Source: Octopus sinensis (taxonomy: Eukaryota). Taken from it: a stretch of 64,000 nucleotides of DNA. The position numbers and the translations under genes were made by a program. The stretch is from NCBI RefSeq assembly GCF_006345805.1, contig NC_043012.1, positions 33,294,001-33,358,000 on the forward strand. Reading direction: 5' to 3'. Positions 1 through 14,005 of this stretch are shown here, one piece after another. The first letter of the stretch is position 1, and each line of letters starts with the position of its first letter. Below the pieces are notes generated by a model. The model ran no database searches and was not told the origin of the DNA. It worked only from the letters and a program-made list of their open reading frames with translations.

Positions 1-600
1 AGTGTTTGTCTTCAGCCCCTTCAATCTCGTCCACCACACAACTTCTTTCGCCATGGCCAACAGTCGTGTAAACAAAGCCTTTTCCTTCTCGGTTAAAGGA
101 AGGCGGTGGTGCGATCTTCGACGCTGGATTCTGTTGACAGCCGGATTCATCCCGCACACGACAATAGGTGTTCGACATAAACCCACAGGTCAGCACGAGC
201 GCTGAATGAATGCACGCAGGACCGTCTCGTTGTCCTGCGCGCATCTCAGACATGCTCGGCTGACGACACTTTCGCACCTGTAAAGTTTATCTCGAACAGG
301 CAAAGCTCCATGGTAGCACTGCCAGGCCATAGATTTTTTAGAAATTATCCATCGGTCTCCGGCCGAAAGTTCTCCAGAAAAGAGCGGATAGTTGATCTTC
401 TTCAACGCCCAAGATATCCCCAAGAACGTCGTCGTACTTTTCTTCCACTAATTTTCTTTAAAAACCCAAAGTGGACGTTCCGATTGGCTGAGGGCTGAGT
501 CCGCTTGAAGACATTCAACGTTGTAAATGCTCCTCCCCCCTCGATCTCTGTTTTACCCAGGACTGCAGCTTCGTTAAAGAAACTAGCTGAGGAAATACGT
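1..600 (-). mobile_element. Tx1/L1-clade LINE ORF2 3' fragment (zf-RVT region), degenerate
   Basis: ORF 190-423(-): AWQCYHGALPVRDKLY...CLRCAQDNETVLRAF resembles the zf-RVT motif. Bases 40-90 are similar to 12485-12535. Confidence 0.7.
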
Positions 601-656
601 GTCTGGCGAACAGCAACCACACCTGTTCACTGTCAAGGAAGCACTGGAGATGTCGT

Positions 657-725
657 AGTGTACCCTTATCAGACGGGTAATCATGATGGGTACACTGGGC
701 ATGCACTGCTCTCTGTCTCTCACTC
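657..725 (+). repeat. 3' end fragment of ~520-bp dispersed repeat family U (probable Dong/R4 LINE 3'UTR)
   Basis: gtgtacccttatcagacgggta..catgatgggta..actggg...ctcactca followed by (AAC/AAT)n. Matches the ends of the copies at 6420-6945 and 45240-45750. Confidence 0.7.
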
Positions 726-780
726 AACAACAACAACAACAACAATAATAATAATAATGATGATGATAATAATAATAATT

Positions 781-985
781 TTGCCACAAGAGCAGCGATT
801 TTGAGGGAGGGGATGAATCTATTACATCGACCCCAGTTTTCAACTGGTACATATTTTTATCGACCCCGAAAGGATGAAAGACAAAATCGACCTCGGCGGA
901 ATTTGAACTCAGAACGGAGCGACGGGCGAAATACTGTTCAGCATCTAATCCAGTGTGCTAACGATTCTACCAGCTAACCGCCATA
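781..985 (-). mobile_element. tRNA-derived SINE family S1 (ATT-tail variant)
   Basis: Core atcgaccccgaaaggatgaaa..aaa.tcgacctcggcggaatttgaactcagaacg shared with more than 10 copies in the window. Confidence 0.8.
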
Positions 986-2070
986 ATAATAAAACGTTGG
1001 TACAAGGCCATGAATTCCATGGGGAAGATGACTGTAGTGATTGACTGGTACTTTATTTATCGATTCCTGAAGAACCATATGTAAAGTCGATTTCGGTTAT
1101 TGTCATTACTGATGAGGAGGTGATAGTGTTGTTGTTGTTGGTGGTGGTGGTGTTGATGGTGGTGGTTACGTCGGTTATGAAATGGTGTTGCTAAAATAAG
1201 TTCTAATTCACTTTCATTTGGAAAATTATTTAACTGGAATAAAATTCCAAAGAAATTGGTAAAACATCAACAACTGGAGGATAATGGCAATGTGTTGGAG
1301 TAGATTACTGTCATAATAATAGGCTAACACTAGGGATATATATATATATAATATATATAATATATATATATATGGACAAACTAGTAAAGACGTAGATACA
1401 CACGTCACTCGAGTGCAGAACGCATCTGGAAATGGATACAAACATACACAAATACGCACGTGCACTTATTTCGCCACACATGCTCCTGCACACTCTAGTC
1501 ACACATATATAATCACATACACACATACATGTGTATGTATGTATGTATGTATGTATGTATGTATGTATGTATGTATATGTATGTTGTATGTACGTACGTA
1601 TGTATGTATGTACGTACGTTATGTATGTATGTATGTAGTATGTTGTATGTATGTATGTATGTCTGTATGTATGTATGTATATACCCTCATGGGACGTGTC
1701 CAACGCAATCACAAGACTTAATTCATATGGAAATGAGTCACACTGATATTAAGTACATGTAACTCCACCAAATGTGTTGAGGGTTACTTTTCTTCGTTTG
1801 TTCAGTCGTATATATTTGTACATACATAAATGCAAGCATGTATGCGTGTGTGTGCATGTGTGCGTGCGCGCGTGTGCGTGTGTATGTGTGTGTATGTATG
1901 TATGTATGTATGTATGTATGTATGTATGTACATACGCACGTATGTATACTTTTATTCAGTTTTATTTCTAGATTTCTTGCCTAAAGAGAAAGAGCCGAGT
2001 TCTAATCTAGATCTAAGGCGCCTTCATTGGAATTTTAAACATCAACAAGCTACTTGTGGATGATTGTATG

Positions 2071-2140
2071 TATATGTGCAGTCAGTATATGTGCAGTCAG
2101 TATATGTGCAGTCAGTATATGTGCAGTCAGTATATGTGCA
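2071..2140. repeat. 15-bp tandem repeat (tatatgtgcagtcag), ~4.7 copies, at the 3' end of a LINE
   Basis: Directly visible tandem units. Confidence 0.9.
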
Positions 2141-2910
2141 GATTTGTATGTTTTGTTTTATGTATGTATTTTCATACATATAGTTGAATGTCTAGACATG
2201 CGCATATTTACTTAAATGCTAAACACCTGGGAAATTTTACAAATTTTGAGAGTTCCATTGAATCTGTAATCTAATTAATTAGCTTCCACCTTTCTGGTTT
2301 TGATAAGCCTAGTTTCTCAAGATTAGTGCTTAGGCAGTTTTATATATAACCCAGTGCCCCAATGTAGATATATGAACTTGTAATCCTGGTAGAGTAGCTG
2401 CAAATCTCTTAATAGTTCAGTGTAGGCATTTTCTTTTTCGCTGATCATTAGTTTTGTATTGGCATCCGCTGGGTAACTGATTTCCATTACTGTACATAGT
2501 TTCTCTTCTCTGTCCCAAATCACTATGTCTGGTCTATTATGTTTACATTTTATTGAGGTTTCCACAGGGACGTTCCACCAGTACTCCTTATCACTATGAG
2601 TGGCTATGGCCTCTACTATACCGTGAGTTCTAACCTCTTTGGCCTTAGGATAATCCTTCCAACGGAAATCATTGGACAGTTTGTTGGCTACAACGTCATG
2701 TGTCATCGCTGGATAATCACGCGTTGACATTTTTGTACAACTGATAATGATGTGGGTTATATTTTCGGTGTTAACTTCACAAAGTCTGCACTAGTTATTA
2801 CATTTTGGTGTTTTTCCTGCGTATCTGTCTTTTTTGTGCATTGGGTATTTAGTTGATACTTCCTGTTTCTGAATGACAAACGCATACCCCCCAAAGCTCA
2901 AAGTGAGAGT
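2141..2910 (-). mobile_element. Dong/R4-clade LINE C-terminal fragment (REL endonuclease) plus 3'UTR
   Basis: ORF 2323-2730(-): HDVVA...WWNVPVETSIKCKHNRPDIVIWDREEKLCTVMEIS (RHD and PD-(D/E)xK motifs). Same family as 40585-41900. Confidence 0.85.
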
Positions 2911-3017
2911 TAGTAATTCGGTTCAAATAAGATATTTTTCGAATGTAGAATTATCATTAGAACAGCAGAAATACTGAGGAAATTACCTTTACGAAGCGGA
3001 AAAATTTGTCAACAAAC

Positions 3018-3087
3018 AGTCCTGGGACTCGAACCCACATTCCCCAAGACACTGGCTGAGTGCTCTAACATTAAGTTAAACAGCCCG
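3018..3087 (-). pseudogene. tRNA-like pseudogene / SINE head within a directly duplicated unit
   Basis: Minus strand gggctgtttaacttaatgttagagcactcagccagtgtcttggggaatgtgggttcgagtcccaggact has an A-box-like region and B box GGTTCGAGTCC. Acceptor and anticodon arms are imperfect. Flank 2925-3018 recurs at ~3990-4090. Confidence 0.5.
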
Positions 3088-3148
3088 ATGAGAAATTCAA
3101 CCGCAAATTTAGACGCTAAATAGCTAAATGAACAACTACGTGTATATA

Positions 3149-3930
3149 CAGGGTGCGATGGGTAAATTGTCGCCATTTTATATTTTCAATTTCGTGCATG
3201 CGCATTGTTTGTTTTGATTTTGTCGACTATGCATTATAGTAAGGGCAGTTGGGCACGTCTGTGTGAAAAACAGCACCATGACGCAATTCACTCGGCCAGA
3301 AATTTGGAAACGACATGCTGTACTGCTTGGTATTCGCGCCTGAAGCTCCAATACGAACACATCAGAGCGTTTGGGTGTCAATCTGAGGATAGTGCATGTT
3401 CCGTGATCACTAGTGATGGCGACATTATGCTTCCATTCACCTTCCCACACGGCCTCACACTCAACATGGAGGAAGGTGATTGCTGGAAGACCCTATGTCT
3501 AGCAACAGGACTCTGCACCATGCCATACAAGCAGGAGAATCCAGTCATAGCTGTCAGGCAATTTCTGCAACCACATCACCCCTAACATCTCACCACCTAA
3601 CTCCCCTTACTGCAACCCCCTTGGTTATAATGTGTTGTGCGCAGTTGAGCGAGAGACCAACAAAATTCCTTGTAACACCAAAGATGGACTTAAGGATTAT
3701 GTCAGTTTTTATCTACTTAAACAAGGAGACTGTCCAGAAGAATTGCAGGAGATTCTGAAACCATCTGGAGGCCGTGGTTGAAGCCGATGGCAATTTTATT
3801 GGATCAATTTACTCTTCAGTATTTGAAAATATTTTTTATGTAATTTTGTTAAATGTATCTGTTGAAACGAGATGTCATTTTTATTTTTATTTTTGCGTAA
3901 TTTAGACGACAATATATTCACCGCACCCTG
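3149..3930 (+). mobile_element. Tc1/mariner-superfamily (maT-like) deleted DNA transposon
   Basis: TIRs cagggtgcg / cgcaccctg flanked by TA. Degenerate transposase: VITSDGDIMLPFTFPHGLTLN, QQDSAPCHTS, SPP-NSPYCNPL-Y, LNKETVQKNCRRF. Confidence 0.85.
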
Positions 3931-4189
3931 TAAATATAAAGAAACTAACATTTGTTTTATAAGAGCCGAAATGTGTATTGCACGATACAAATAAGAAGAT
4001 ATTTTTTTCGGACGCTAAGTTGCCGTTATTATAACAGCAGAAATACTGAGTAAATCACCATTAGAAAGCGGAGAAATTTGTCGACAAACATCCGGTTGTT
4101 TGTCCATGAAAAATTGCTTTGATTATCAATGTTACTGTCATCCTGGGGTTAACTGCTAACCTATCCATGCATGGTGTTCTGCTGAGATA

Positions 4190-4290
4190 CATTTATCCTT
4201 TCATCTGATTATACGTTGCGGTAGAGTCGTGCAACTTCTTTTGGCAAGGGTATCGGACTTGGAATGTTGCTCGAGGAGCTGCTTCCGAAA
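4190..4290 (-). mobile_element. Small Dong/R4 LINE fragment abutting (TATG)n
   Basis: Similar to 41380-41480 (atcctttcatct..ttatacgttgcg.tagagtcgtgc.acttcttt). Confidence 0.6.
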
Positions 4291-4552
4291 TATGTATGCG
4301 TGTATGTATGTATGTATGTATGTATGTATGTATGTATGTTTGTATGCATGCATGTATGTATGTATGTATGTTCGTACGTATGAATGTATGTATGTATGTA
4401 TGTATGTATGTATGTATGTATGTATGTATGTATGTATGTATGTATGTATGTATGTATGTATGTATGCATGCATGAATGTATGTATGTATGTATGTGCATA
4501 CACTCATTCTATTTCATGCACACACACACGCACACACACTCACACACACACA

Positions 4553-4591
<39 letters not shown>

Positions 4592-5104
4592 TCATACCTT
4601 CACTTTATTTCACAAATATACTTCTTACAATAACTGATAGAAGTCTCCCAACATCAATTATTGGGAAGTTAATTCATCGGGGGTCACCTCTTCGGTGTCT
4701 CCCCCGCTCTGATCAAAAATAGTTTAAAAATTCCTTTCTAATTCCTCCACTGTTAAAAAAAAAAAATGAATGCATCAGATAATGAAATCCAAGTTCTTAG
4801 ACAAAAGAGGAGATTGTCATGGTTGTAGTGCCTTTGCTCATTGGATTGCTAAATCATAACTGACTTCAGGGTAAACGACGACTAGGGATGGTTTACTCCT
4901 CATCATAACAATCGTAAAATAATCGTGACATGCGCTAAACATGCAACATTTATAAGTTCTTTTTCCTCCCAAATTACACCTGAGATTTCTGGGGTCTTGC
5001 TAATTTTCTACCGACCACTTCTCAATCCAACATGGCTCCGTTGATACACACACCTATCTGCACGTCTATCTGCATCCATGTCTATCTGTATTCATAAATT
5101 CATA

Positions 5105-5270
5105 AGGCGCAGGAGTGGCTGTGTGGTAAGCAGCTTGCTTGACAACCATATGGTTCCGGGTTCAGTCCCACTGCGTGGCACCTTGGGCAAGTGTCTTCTA
5201 CTGTAGCCTCGGACTAACCAAAGCCTTGTGAGTGGATTTGGTAGACGGAAACTGAAAGAAGCCCGTCGTA

Positions 5271-5319
<49 letters not shown>

Positions 5320-5530
5320 GTATGTTTGTATGTCTGCGTTTGTCCCCCCAACATCGCTTGACAACCGATGCTGGTATGTTTACGTCCCAGTAACTTAGCG
5401 GTTCGGCAAAAGAGACCGATAGAATAAGTACTAGGCTTACAAAGATTAAGTCCTGGGGTCGATTAGCTCGACTAAAGGCGGTGCTCCAGCATGGCCACAG
5501 TCAAATGACTGAAACAAGTAAAAGAGTAAA
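5105..5530 (+). mobile_element. tRNA-derived SINE family S2, full length, internal (TA/TG)n, CR1-like 3' tail
   Basis: A box gtggctgtgtggt, B box ggttcagtccc, core ccttgggcaagtgtctt. Near-identical copy at 53391-53795. Confidence 0.85.
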
Positions 5531-6344
5531 TCTCTTAGTTTATTACACTGAGATAACCTGCATTGATCTCTCTCTCCTCCCCCCCCCTCTCTCTCTCTTT
5601 CTCTCTCTTTTATGTTATTACACTAGAATCTCTCTTTGAAATGAATAACTGGCATTGATAACTTTCTAAGGGTATTACACTGGCATTAATATATTCAATC
5701 AATCCATTTAATCATACCTGAACGAAACAGCAAATTAACTACCAATCAACGCGAAATCAAACTTTCACAAACTAAATAAATTAACTAACACTGACACACC
5801 TACAACACAGCAGCCAACCAAAAGCCTTGTAATTATCAATCAATCGCAGTGTAATAGATTCCTGAAAAGAAATTACAGTAAATAACCACTCCTGAATCCA
5901 ACCTACAGCTTGTTTATATTCTTTTCAAGCAATTATTGGAAGACGTGACCTCATTAACGACTCCAGTTCTACGTTTGTATATTCGACTACCAACACGTTC
6001 ACCGTAACCATATTTAACACTCTCATTCTAAAGATGTTTATACACGTGGCAGAAAAAAACTTCGTTAACCTTTCTGTCTTTCCTTTAATAAAGAAAATAT
6101 ACAGGGTGGGCCAAGAATTACGCACAAAATACGTTCAATTCGTTCCGGAATTGTCAGACATGCTTCAATTTTTCTAGAATGGAATAAAATGAATAAATTA
6201 ATGATGAAAGCGCACGTACTTGTATATGATGAACAAAATGAATGAATGAATGAATGAATAACAACCAACAACAACAACAACAACAACAACAACACAACAA
6301 CAACAACACCACAACAACAACAACAACAACAACAACAACATATA

Positions 6345-6417
<73 letters not shown>

Positions 6418-6419
6418 AA

Positions 6420-6945
6420 GTACCAGGCAGTGCCTCATGGCTTCTGATCTTAACTAATTGAAAGTGTTATCATGTACATGTTTTGCCTTGGTATAAAAGA
6501 TGGGCTACAGCAAATATTCTGCTCAATACCACAGATTTGCTTGTCAGTTGTTTGACCATAACCAGTTGAGCATGTCCCTTAGTGCTGACGATATGTGCAT
6601 CTCTGATCACGAGCAGAAGTAGTGGGGAGCATCATAGCCTGTGTTGAGAGGGATTCTTTGGGGTTTGAATAATTCACCTCTGAAACATGGGTATTCTTTC
6701 AACATCCTTACAACCCTTATTCAGGGACCGTTTGAGCGGGATGGGTTACTCGACCTGAAGAAAATTCTAACTGGGTCCCACCTGCAAGGTCATGGTGCTG
6801 TTTATCTTGATATGACATCACTATGTCGCACGAATATTGTTGTGATGCATGTGCCTGGTTGTACCCTTATCAGACGGGTAGTCATGATGGGTATACTGGG
6901 CTTCGTATATTTTACCCCAGTGTCACTTTGATGGCATGAACTCAA
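6420..6945 (+). repeat. Repeat family U (~520 bp), flanked by (AAT)n
   Basis: High similarity to 45240-45750 and to 26474-26770(-). An extra fragment lies at 6957-7058. Confidence 0.85.
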
Positions 6946-7061
6946 TAATAATAATAAGATGAGCTACAGCAAATATTCTGCTCAATACCACAGACTTGCT
7001 TGTCAATTGTTTGACCATAACCAGTTGAGCATATCCCTTGGTGGCTGACGATATGTGAGAA

Positions 7062-7340
7062 ATATGAAGGTTGTGGTCAATGAGGATAGTAGACGTGATA
7101 CCAGTAGTAATTAGTGCACGTGGAAGTTTCAGCACTCAACTACCAACATGGCTGAAAAAGATTGGTGGGAGTGTGAAGGTAGAACACCTAAAAAAATCAG
7201 CATTGCTTGGAACTGCAAGAATTCTTCGCAGGGTTCTTGAAGCATGACCAGTAAACAAGTGTCACGTTAGTCTGCTGGCTGTGGACAGCTGACACTTTCC
7301 ATCATACCCAGCAAAATAAGCTGTGAGTTTTCATCACATA
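7062..7340 (+). mobile_element. Dong/R4 LINE extreme 3' end followed by (TAG)/(TAC)n
   Basis: Translates as WSMRIVDVIPVVISARGSFSTQLPTWLKKIG...LKKSALLGTARILRRVLEA*, the typical REL C-terminus. Confidence 0.8.
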
Positions 7341-7359
7341 GTAGTAGTAGTAGTAGTAG

Positions 7360-7465
<106 letters not shown>

Positions 7466-7484
7466 ATAATAATAATAATAATGA

Positions 7485-7858
7485 TTTCAAATTTTTTGTC
7501 ACAAGGGCAGTTTGGGGGGAGAAGATTAGGTCGAATATACCGACTCCAGTGTTTCACTAGCATTTAATTTATCGACCCTGAAAAGATGAAAGGCAAAGTC
7601 AACCTCGGCGGAATTTGAACTCAGAACGTAACGGCAGACGAAATACCGCTAAGCATTTCGCGGGGGGTGCTAACGATCCTGTCAACTGGGGTAAGGGGAC
7701 TAGTTGATTACATCGCCCCGGTACTCAGCTCTTACTTATTTTATCGACCCCGAAAGGTTAAAAGGCAAAGTCGACTTCGGTGGAAATTGAACTCAGAATG
7801 TGAAGACAGACGAAATGCTGCTAAGCATTTTGCCTGGCGTGCCTACGAATCTGCCTTA
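7485..7858 (-). mobile_element. Two adjacent S1 SINE copies
   Basis: S1 core present twice (7570-7630 and 7742-7800). Confidence 0.8.
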
Positions 7859-8799
7859 ACAGCAACAACAACAACAACAACAACAACAACACCAACAACA
7901 CCAACACCAACAACAACATCAACGACGACGACGACGATGATGACGATGATAACATAATATAAATAAAATGTGAAATGTGTTGGTGAGTGGCTTTTGGCCC
8001 AACCTGTATTCTGCACTGTTAGAGAATAGGAATAGATCTCTATCAATCCGGATGACAATCGTTTATTCGACAAAACATGCATACAAGAAAAATCTGTACT
8101 TTTAAAGTCATAAAAATAATGCCACAGCAATACAACGTAAGAAGACTGTCCAAATACGGCTGATATTTAATCCAAAGATAATCAGATAAATGCAACATCG
8201 GCGAACAGTCCCTGGAGATCAGAATTAATAAGCAAATAGATAAAAATCAGTCTAGTTGCACTTTCACAAGTATATATATATATACATACTTGCACATCTA
8301 CATACACACACACGCGCAGACATACATACACACGTTTATATACACATGCATGCATACTGACACACACACACCACACACACAACACACACACACACACATA
8401 TTTGACTACGTTTGTGCGTATGTGTGTGTGTGTCCGTCTTCTCTTCCTCTCCTCGCTTTTGTAGCTATCGTCTAATTTTCCGCAGCCCCCATCGCGCTGA
8501 ATTCCTCTGTTTAACTCTTTTAAGCCCTTTTCCCATTCATAGACGAACAGAACTTATGATAGTAAAACACGAGTCTTTTCTGTATCGAGTCTTTGCCTGG
8601 AATCGTTAAACCGTGTAGCGAAAAACACGTTCTTCCCGTGCAAAGGAGTAGTACTTGACTTCAGAACGCCGAGTACCGGTACGAGTGTAGCTAAGTATTC
8701 TATTCGATCCTCTAACAACTTGATTGTATACACACGAACACATACACACACACACAAACTCGCACGCCCATACTCACACACACCCATACCCGCACACGA

Positions 8800-8930
8800 C
8801 AGGCTTGTTTCGGTTTTCCGTCTACTACACCCGCTCACAAGGTTTTGGTTGGTCTGGGACTGTTGTAGAAGACACTTGCCCAAGATGCCACGCAATGAGA
8901 CTGAACCCGAAAGTATCTTACCACAACAAA
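8800..8930 (-). mobile_element. S2 SINE 5' half, degenerate
   Basis: agaagacacttgcccaagatgccacgcaatgagactgaacccg is the reverse complement of the S2 head. Confidence 0.65.
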
Positions 8931-8967
8931 ATCATGTAGTAATTGTATTTATCTGTATGAATAAATA

Positions 8968-9202
8968 CCTATTTCTTTACTACCCACAAGGGGCTAAACA
9001 CAGAGGGGACAAACAAGGACAGACAAACGGATTAAATCGATTACATCGAGCCCAGTGCGTAACTGGTACTTATTTAATCGACCCCGAAAGGATGAAAGGT
9101 AAAGTCGACCTCGGCGGAATTTGAACACAGAACATAATTTCAGACGAAATACGGCTACGTATTTCGCCCGGCGTGCTAACGTTTCTGCCATCTCGCCGCC
9201 TT
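8968..9202 (-). mobile_element. S1 SINE, full length, with 13-bp TSD
   Basis: TSD gtatgaataaata at 8955-8967 and 9207-9219. Tail ...gccccttgtgggtagtaaagaaatagg. Confidence 0.9.
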
Positions 9203-9502
9203 CTTAGTATGAATAAATAACGCGATGATGCTATTGCTTATGTCAGTAATACTTCCATGGATATTATCCTCGGTGGACGTGCACACTGAATTCCTCATTC
9301 GCCATTATCCCATTTAATCCTACCATGACTTTTCACCAGAAGAACTGAAGTCAGCATAAAACCTAAGATACGAACACACCTACCTACCTACCTACCTACC
9401 TACCTACCTACCTACCTACCTACCTACCTACCTACCTACCTATCTATCTACCTACCTACCTACCTACCTACCTCCCTACCTACCTACCTACAGACATACA
9501 TG

Positions 9503-9820
9503 ATGGCTTCCCCCTCGTTATCGAGTATGACCATTGCCCGAAACTTAACTGTTATTAGTGCTGTGATCGAATGTGACTTTTTAGCCCAGCCAAAGATCCA
9601 CAATGTCTTGTACAGAATTGGCAGCTAAAACCTTTACCGGCCAATAGCCGGCTGTAGTTGTAACTGGGCTTCGTGTACCTTTGCATGTCGTTTAAGTCCT
9701 TCTGCCGAATTACATTCTCTTCCACATGCCTGACAGATATGATTAGTATGGTGTGTAAACACCACCACCAGTGGCCAGGTTGTCACTCATCTGTCTCGCT
9801 TTATGACTAAGAAAATGACT
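9503..9820 (-). mobile_element. RTE-clade LINE 3' end
   Basis: Minus strand encodes C2H2-like motifs (CQFCTRHCGSLAGLKSHIRSQH) and ends caatggtcatactcgataacgagggggaagccatca. Confidence 0.7.
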
Positions 9821-9824
9821 CTTG

Positions 9825-9841
9825 ATACATACATACATACA

Positions 9842-9872
<31 letters not shown>

Positions 9873-10960
9873 GTACATACATACATGCATACATACATGC
9901 ATGCATACATACATACATTCACACATACACACACACACATACATACATACATACGTACATACATACATACATATATACATACATACATACATACATACGT
10001 ACATACATACATGCATACATACATGCATGTATACATACATACATGCATACATGCATACATACATACATACATACATACATACATACATACATACGTACAC
10101 ATACATACATACATACATGCATACATACATACATACATACATACATACGTACAACTACATACTACATACATACATACATACATACATGCATACATACATA
10201 CATACATACATGCATACATACATACATACATACATGCATACATACATACATACATACATACATACATACATGCATACATACATACATACATACATGCATA
10301 CATACATACATACATACATACATACAAATACATACATACATACATACTACATACATACATACCTACATACATACATACTACAATCATACATACATACATA
10401 CGTACAATCATACATACATACATACATACATACATACATACATACATACATGCATCATACATACATACATGCATACATACATACATACATACATGCATAC
10501 ATACATACATACATACATACATACATACAACATACATACATCCTACATACGTACAATCATACATACATACATACATACATACATACATACATACATGCAT
10601 ACATACATACATACATACAGCATACATACATACATACATACATACATACATACATACATACATGCATACATACATACATACATACATACATACGTACATA
10701 CATACATACATACATACATGCATACATACATACATACATACATACATACATACGTACAATCATACATACATACATACATACATACATACATACATACATG
10801 CATACATACATACATACATACATGCATACATACATACATACATGCATACATACATACATACATACATACATACATACATACATGCATACATACATACATA
10901 CATACATACATACATACATACATACATACATACATACACACATACATACATACATGCATG
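9825..10960. repeat. ~1.1-kb (CATA)n microsatellite
   Basis: Directly visible. It explains the HTYI/MYVC ORFs. Confidence 0.98.
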
Positions 10961-11127
10961 TACAAATGAACATGTTTATCCGGACGCATAGAAAAGCATA
11001 ATTACGGAATAGAAAAAAATAACTTCATAAATACGTTTTTGTTCTCTAATTTCTGTTTATTAACATTATGATTAACTCTTAATTGGGAACGCGCACATAC
11101 AGTGTTGTGAGTGTGTGTACGTATGTA

Positions 11128-11176
<49 letters not shown>

Positions 11177-11425
11177 GTGTGTGTGCGTGCGAGTGTAAGT
11201 ATGTGTGTATGTGTGTGTAAGTGTGACGTTATAAGTGCGTCTTCTTTAACGTGTGTGAGTGTATGTGGTGGCTGTGTGGTTGATTGTGTAAGATAGCAGA
11301 ACTACAATGCTGATAATGCACTTTAATAAACAGCTTATTGTCTAACACTTCTTAGATTATGTACGTGAGAGAGTAAGAGAGAGAGAGAGAGAGAGAGGAG
11401 CAGAGAGTAGGAGAGAGATAGGAGA

Positions 11426-11460
<35 letters not shown>

Positions 11461-11472
<12 letters not shown>

Positions 11473-11650
11473 ACGAAGGAAGTGAGAAAGGGGATGAGGA
11501 ATCGAAAGAGGGACTCGTAAAAGGAGAGAGAGAGAACGAAGGAAGTGAGAAAGGGGATGAGGAATCGAAAGAGGGACTCGTAAAAGGAGAGAGAGAGAAC
11601 GAAGGAAGTGAGAAAGGGGATGAGGAATCGAAAGAGGGACTCGTAAAAGG
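11461..11650. repeat. 63-bp purine-rich tandem repeat x3
   Basis: gaacgaaggaagtgagaaaggggatgaggaatcgaaagagggactcgtaaaag at 11471, 11534 and 11597. Confidence 0.95.
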
Positions 11651-11869
11651 AGGGAGAGAGTGGATAAATGAAAGAGCGTGTCAGAAAGAATTAGTCGGGG
11701 ATGGATCTGATAAATTCAGACAGACTATCCACAGCATCAAATATATTTCATCCCTGATGTTCTCTATATAGCAAAACCAGGTGACTGTCAGCATTCCCTT
11801 GGACACGTCTCTACATCCATAACGACAAATCCATAGCTACAAATCTCCCAAAAGTTGTTTTGAAGCAGA

Positions 11870-11934
<65 letters not shown>

Positions 11935-11988
11935 CTTAAATCCTTAAAAAATGTTTTAGCCCGAAGGCCGCGGCCATGCTGAGGCACC

Positions 11989-12039
<51 letters not shown>

Positions 12040-12535
12040 TTCTTTAAGGGCTTACATTAAGAAAGACATTATGAACAGTAGAGGACAAAAACAAAGAGTG
12101 TGTGAGTGTGTGTTGTGAGGGTTTTGCGCGTAAACAAGACTAACAAAATCATAAAAGAAGAAAGAAAAAAAGGGATCAACAATGTGTAATCCTCAAAAGA
12201 GAGATGTTCGAGGCCTGCTCATGGAAAAACCTCTTAAAAAACCATGGGTACCCTGACTTTTGGGGCAGGTGTCTTTTTTACTTTCATTTTTTTTCCAACC
12301 CCAGGCGTATGCTTAGCGCAGGTCCGTTCACTCGCACCATTCTCTCCACTTTTATCCACCTTTCAGCAAACTTGCCAGACGACAACACTGCTCTCTCTAC
12401 CCATATTTTCCTTTACAAGTGAAACTTGAAAAAGTTGAGAGGGATGGGCCGAAGAGAAACATCTTTGTCTTTAGCCTCTATATAACTTCTTTCACCATGG
12501 CCACCAGGCATATAAACACAGCCTTTCCTTCCTAT
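12040..12535 (-). mobile_element. Tx1-like LINE 3' end (ORF2 C-terminus plus UTR)
   Basis: Shares sequence with bases 40-90. Minus strand reads ...WIKVERMVRVNGPALSIRL. Confidence 0.55.
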
Positions 12536-12539
12536 CGAA

Positions 12540-13872
12540 GCGATCAATGCTTTAGCCATACCAGTCGTGACTTACAGTTTCAATATCATTAACTGGTCAA
12601 TTACTGAAATATGTAATCTTGATAGAAAAATACGAAAACTGTTGACAATGCATAGAATGCACCACTCTAAGGCAGATATAGAACGACTTTATCTGCCAAG
12701 AATGACACAATCGGCCTGGAGACCTACCTGAAAAACTCTGAGGATTGGATGTTAAAACTTGTCTCAAAACATGAAAACAAGAAAGCATCATACTCAGTAA
12801 CAAAACAGGCAAAGGAATATCTAAGTGAATTCCGAATACAACAAATTTCGGAATTAGATATACTAGAAACAAGCGCAGAAAAAGCTAAGCGTATGAAAAC
12901 CCGTGCTAAAACTGCTGCCTTAGATATTCTTGCTTCTCAATGGCAAATACTCTAAGAAAGCTAATAATGCCGATGTTGACAAATCCCTGACCCATCAATG
13001 GCTAATGGCCTCTGGCTTAAAATCTGAAACAGAAGGGTTTATCATAGCAGCCCAAGATCAATGCCTACCTACAAGGAACTACCAGGCCAACATATTAAAG
13101 AACGGCAGTAGCCCAACATGTCGTGTATGTCAACAACAAAATGAAAATATTGATCCTGTTGTCTCCATGTGCAGTCTTCTTGCACCTAAAGAGTATCTCA
13201 ACAGGCATGATCGAGCTGCACAATATATTCACTGGGTAATTTGCAAAAAAAACTGGACTTGCCTCATGATAAAAACTGGTGGGAACACAAACCACTTCCA
13301 GTGCTTGAAAATGGTCACATCTAATTCCTCTGGAACTTCACCATTCAAACTGACAGAAATATAGATGCAAACAGGCTAGACATCATATTGAAAGACTTCA
13401 GACAAAAAACATGCCTCCTCATTGATATTACTGTCCCAATCGATATAAACGTATCTGTCAAGACCTACCAAAAACTGAGCAAATATAAAGATCGTGAAAT
13501 AGAAATTAGCAAAATGTGGAACCTGAAGACTAAAACAATACCTGTTGTCATAGGTGCCCTGGGAATGATAGCAAAAGGGGCTTATGGCTACCTAGTCTAG
13601 TTACCAGAAAACCCCAAAATGGCAAAAATTCAAAAGATAGTGCTCATGGGAACTGCTCATATCCTACGTAAAATACTTTCTATGTAATCTCAAGTTTTAA
13701 AACAAACAATTTTCTTACGGTTTCTTAAACATTCTTTAGAACAACACTAAATACAAAACCAAATATATGGCACCCTAAGCATAACACCATGAACTTCCAA
13801 CTTGTTGTCTCTTGAGGTCTCTGGGTGAGACTTGGAGCCAACTTGTACAAATGCAAAGCACAAGTCAAACAT
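12540..13872 (+). mobile_element. Dong/R4-clade LINE 3' portion (frameshifted), ending in (AAT)n
   Basis: WLMASGLKSETEGFIIAAQDQCLPTRNY, CRVC, RHDRAAQYIHW, CLLIDITVP, IPVVIGALG. Confidence 0.9.
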
Positions 13873-13936
13873 AGAATAATAATAATAATAATAGTAATAA
13901 TAATAATTAACAACAATAATAATAATAGTAATAATA

Positions 13937-13999
<63 letters not shown>

Positions 14000-14005
<6 letters not shown>

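Noticed and set aside
9743-11001. Long ORFs of 338-389 aa (HTYI/MYVC repeats), and similar ORFs at 29864-30851 and 39713-40658
   Set aside because: These are translations of stop-free microsatellites, not genes.
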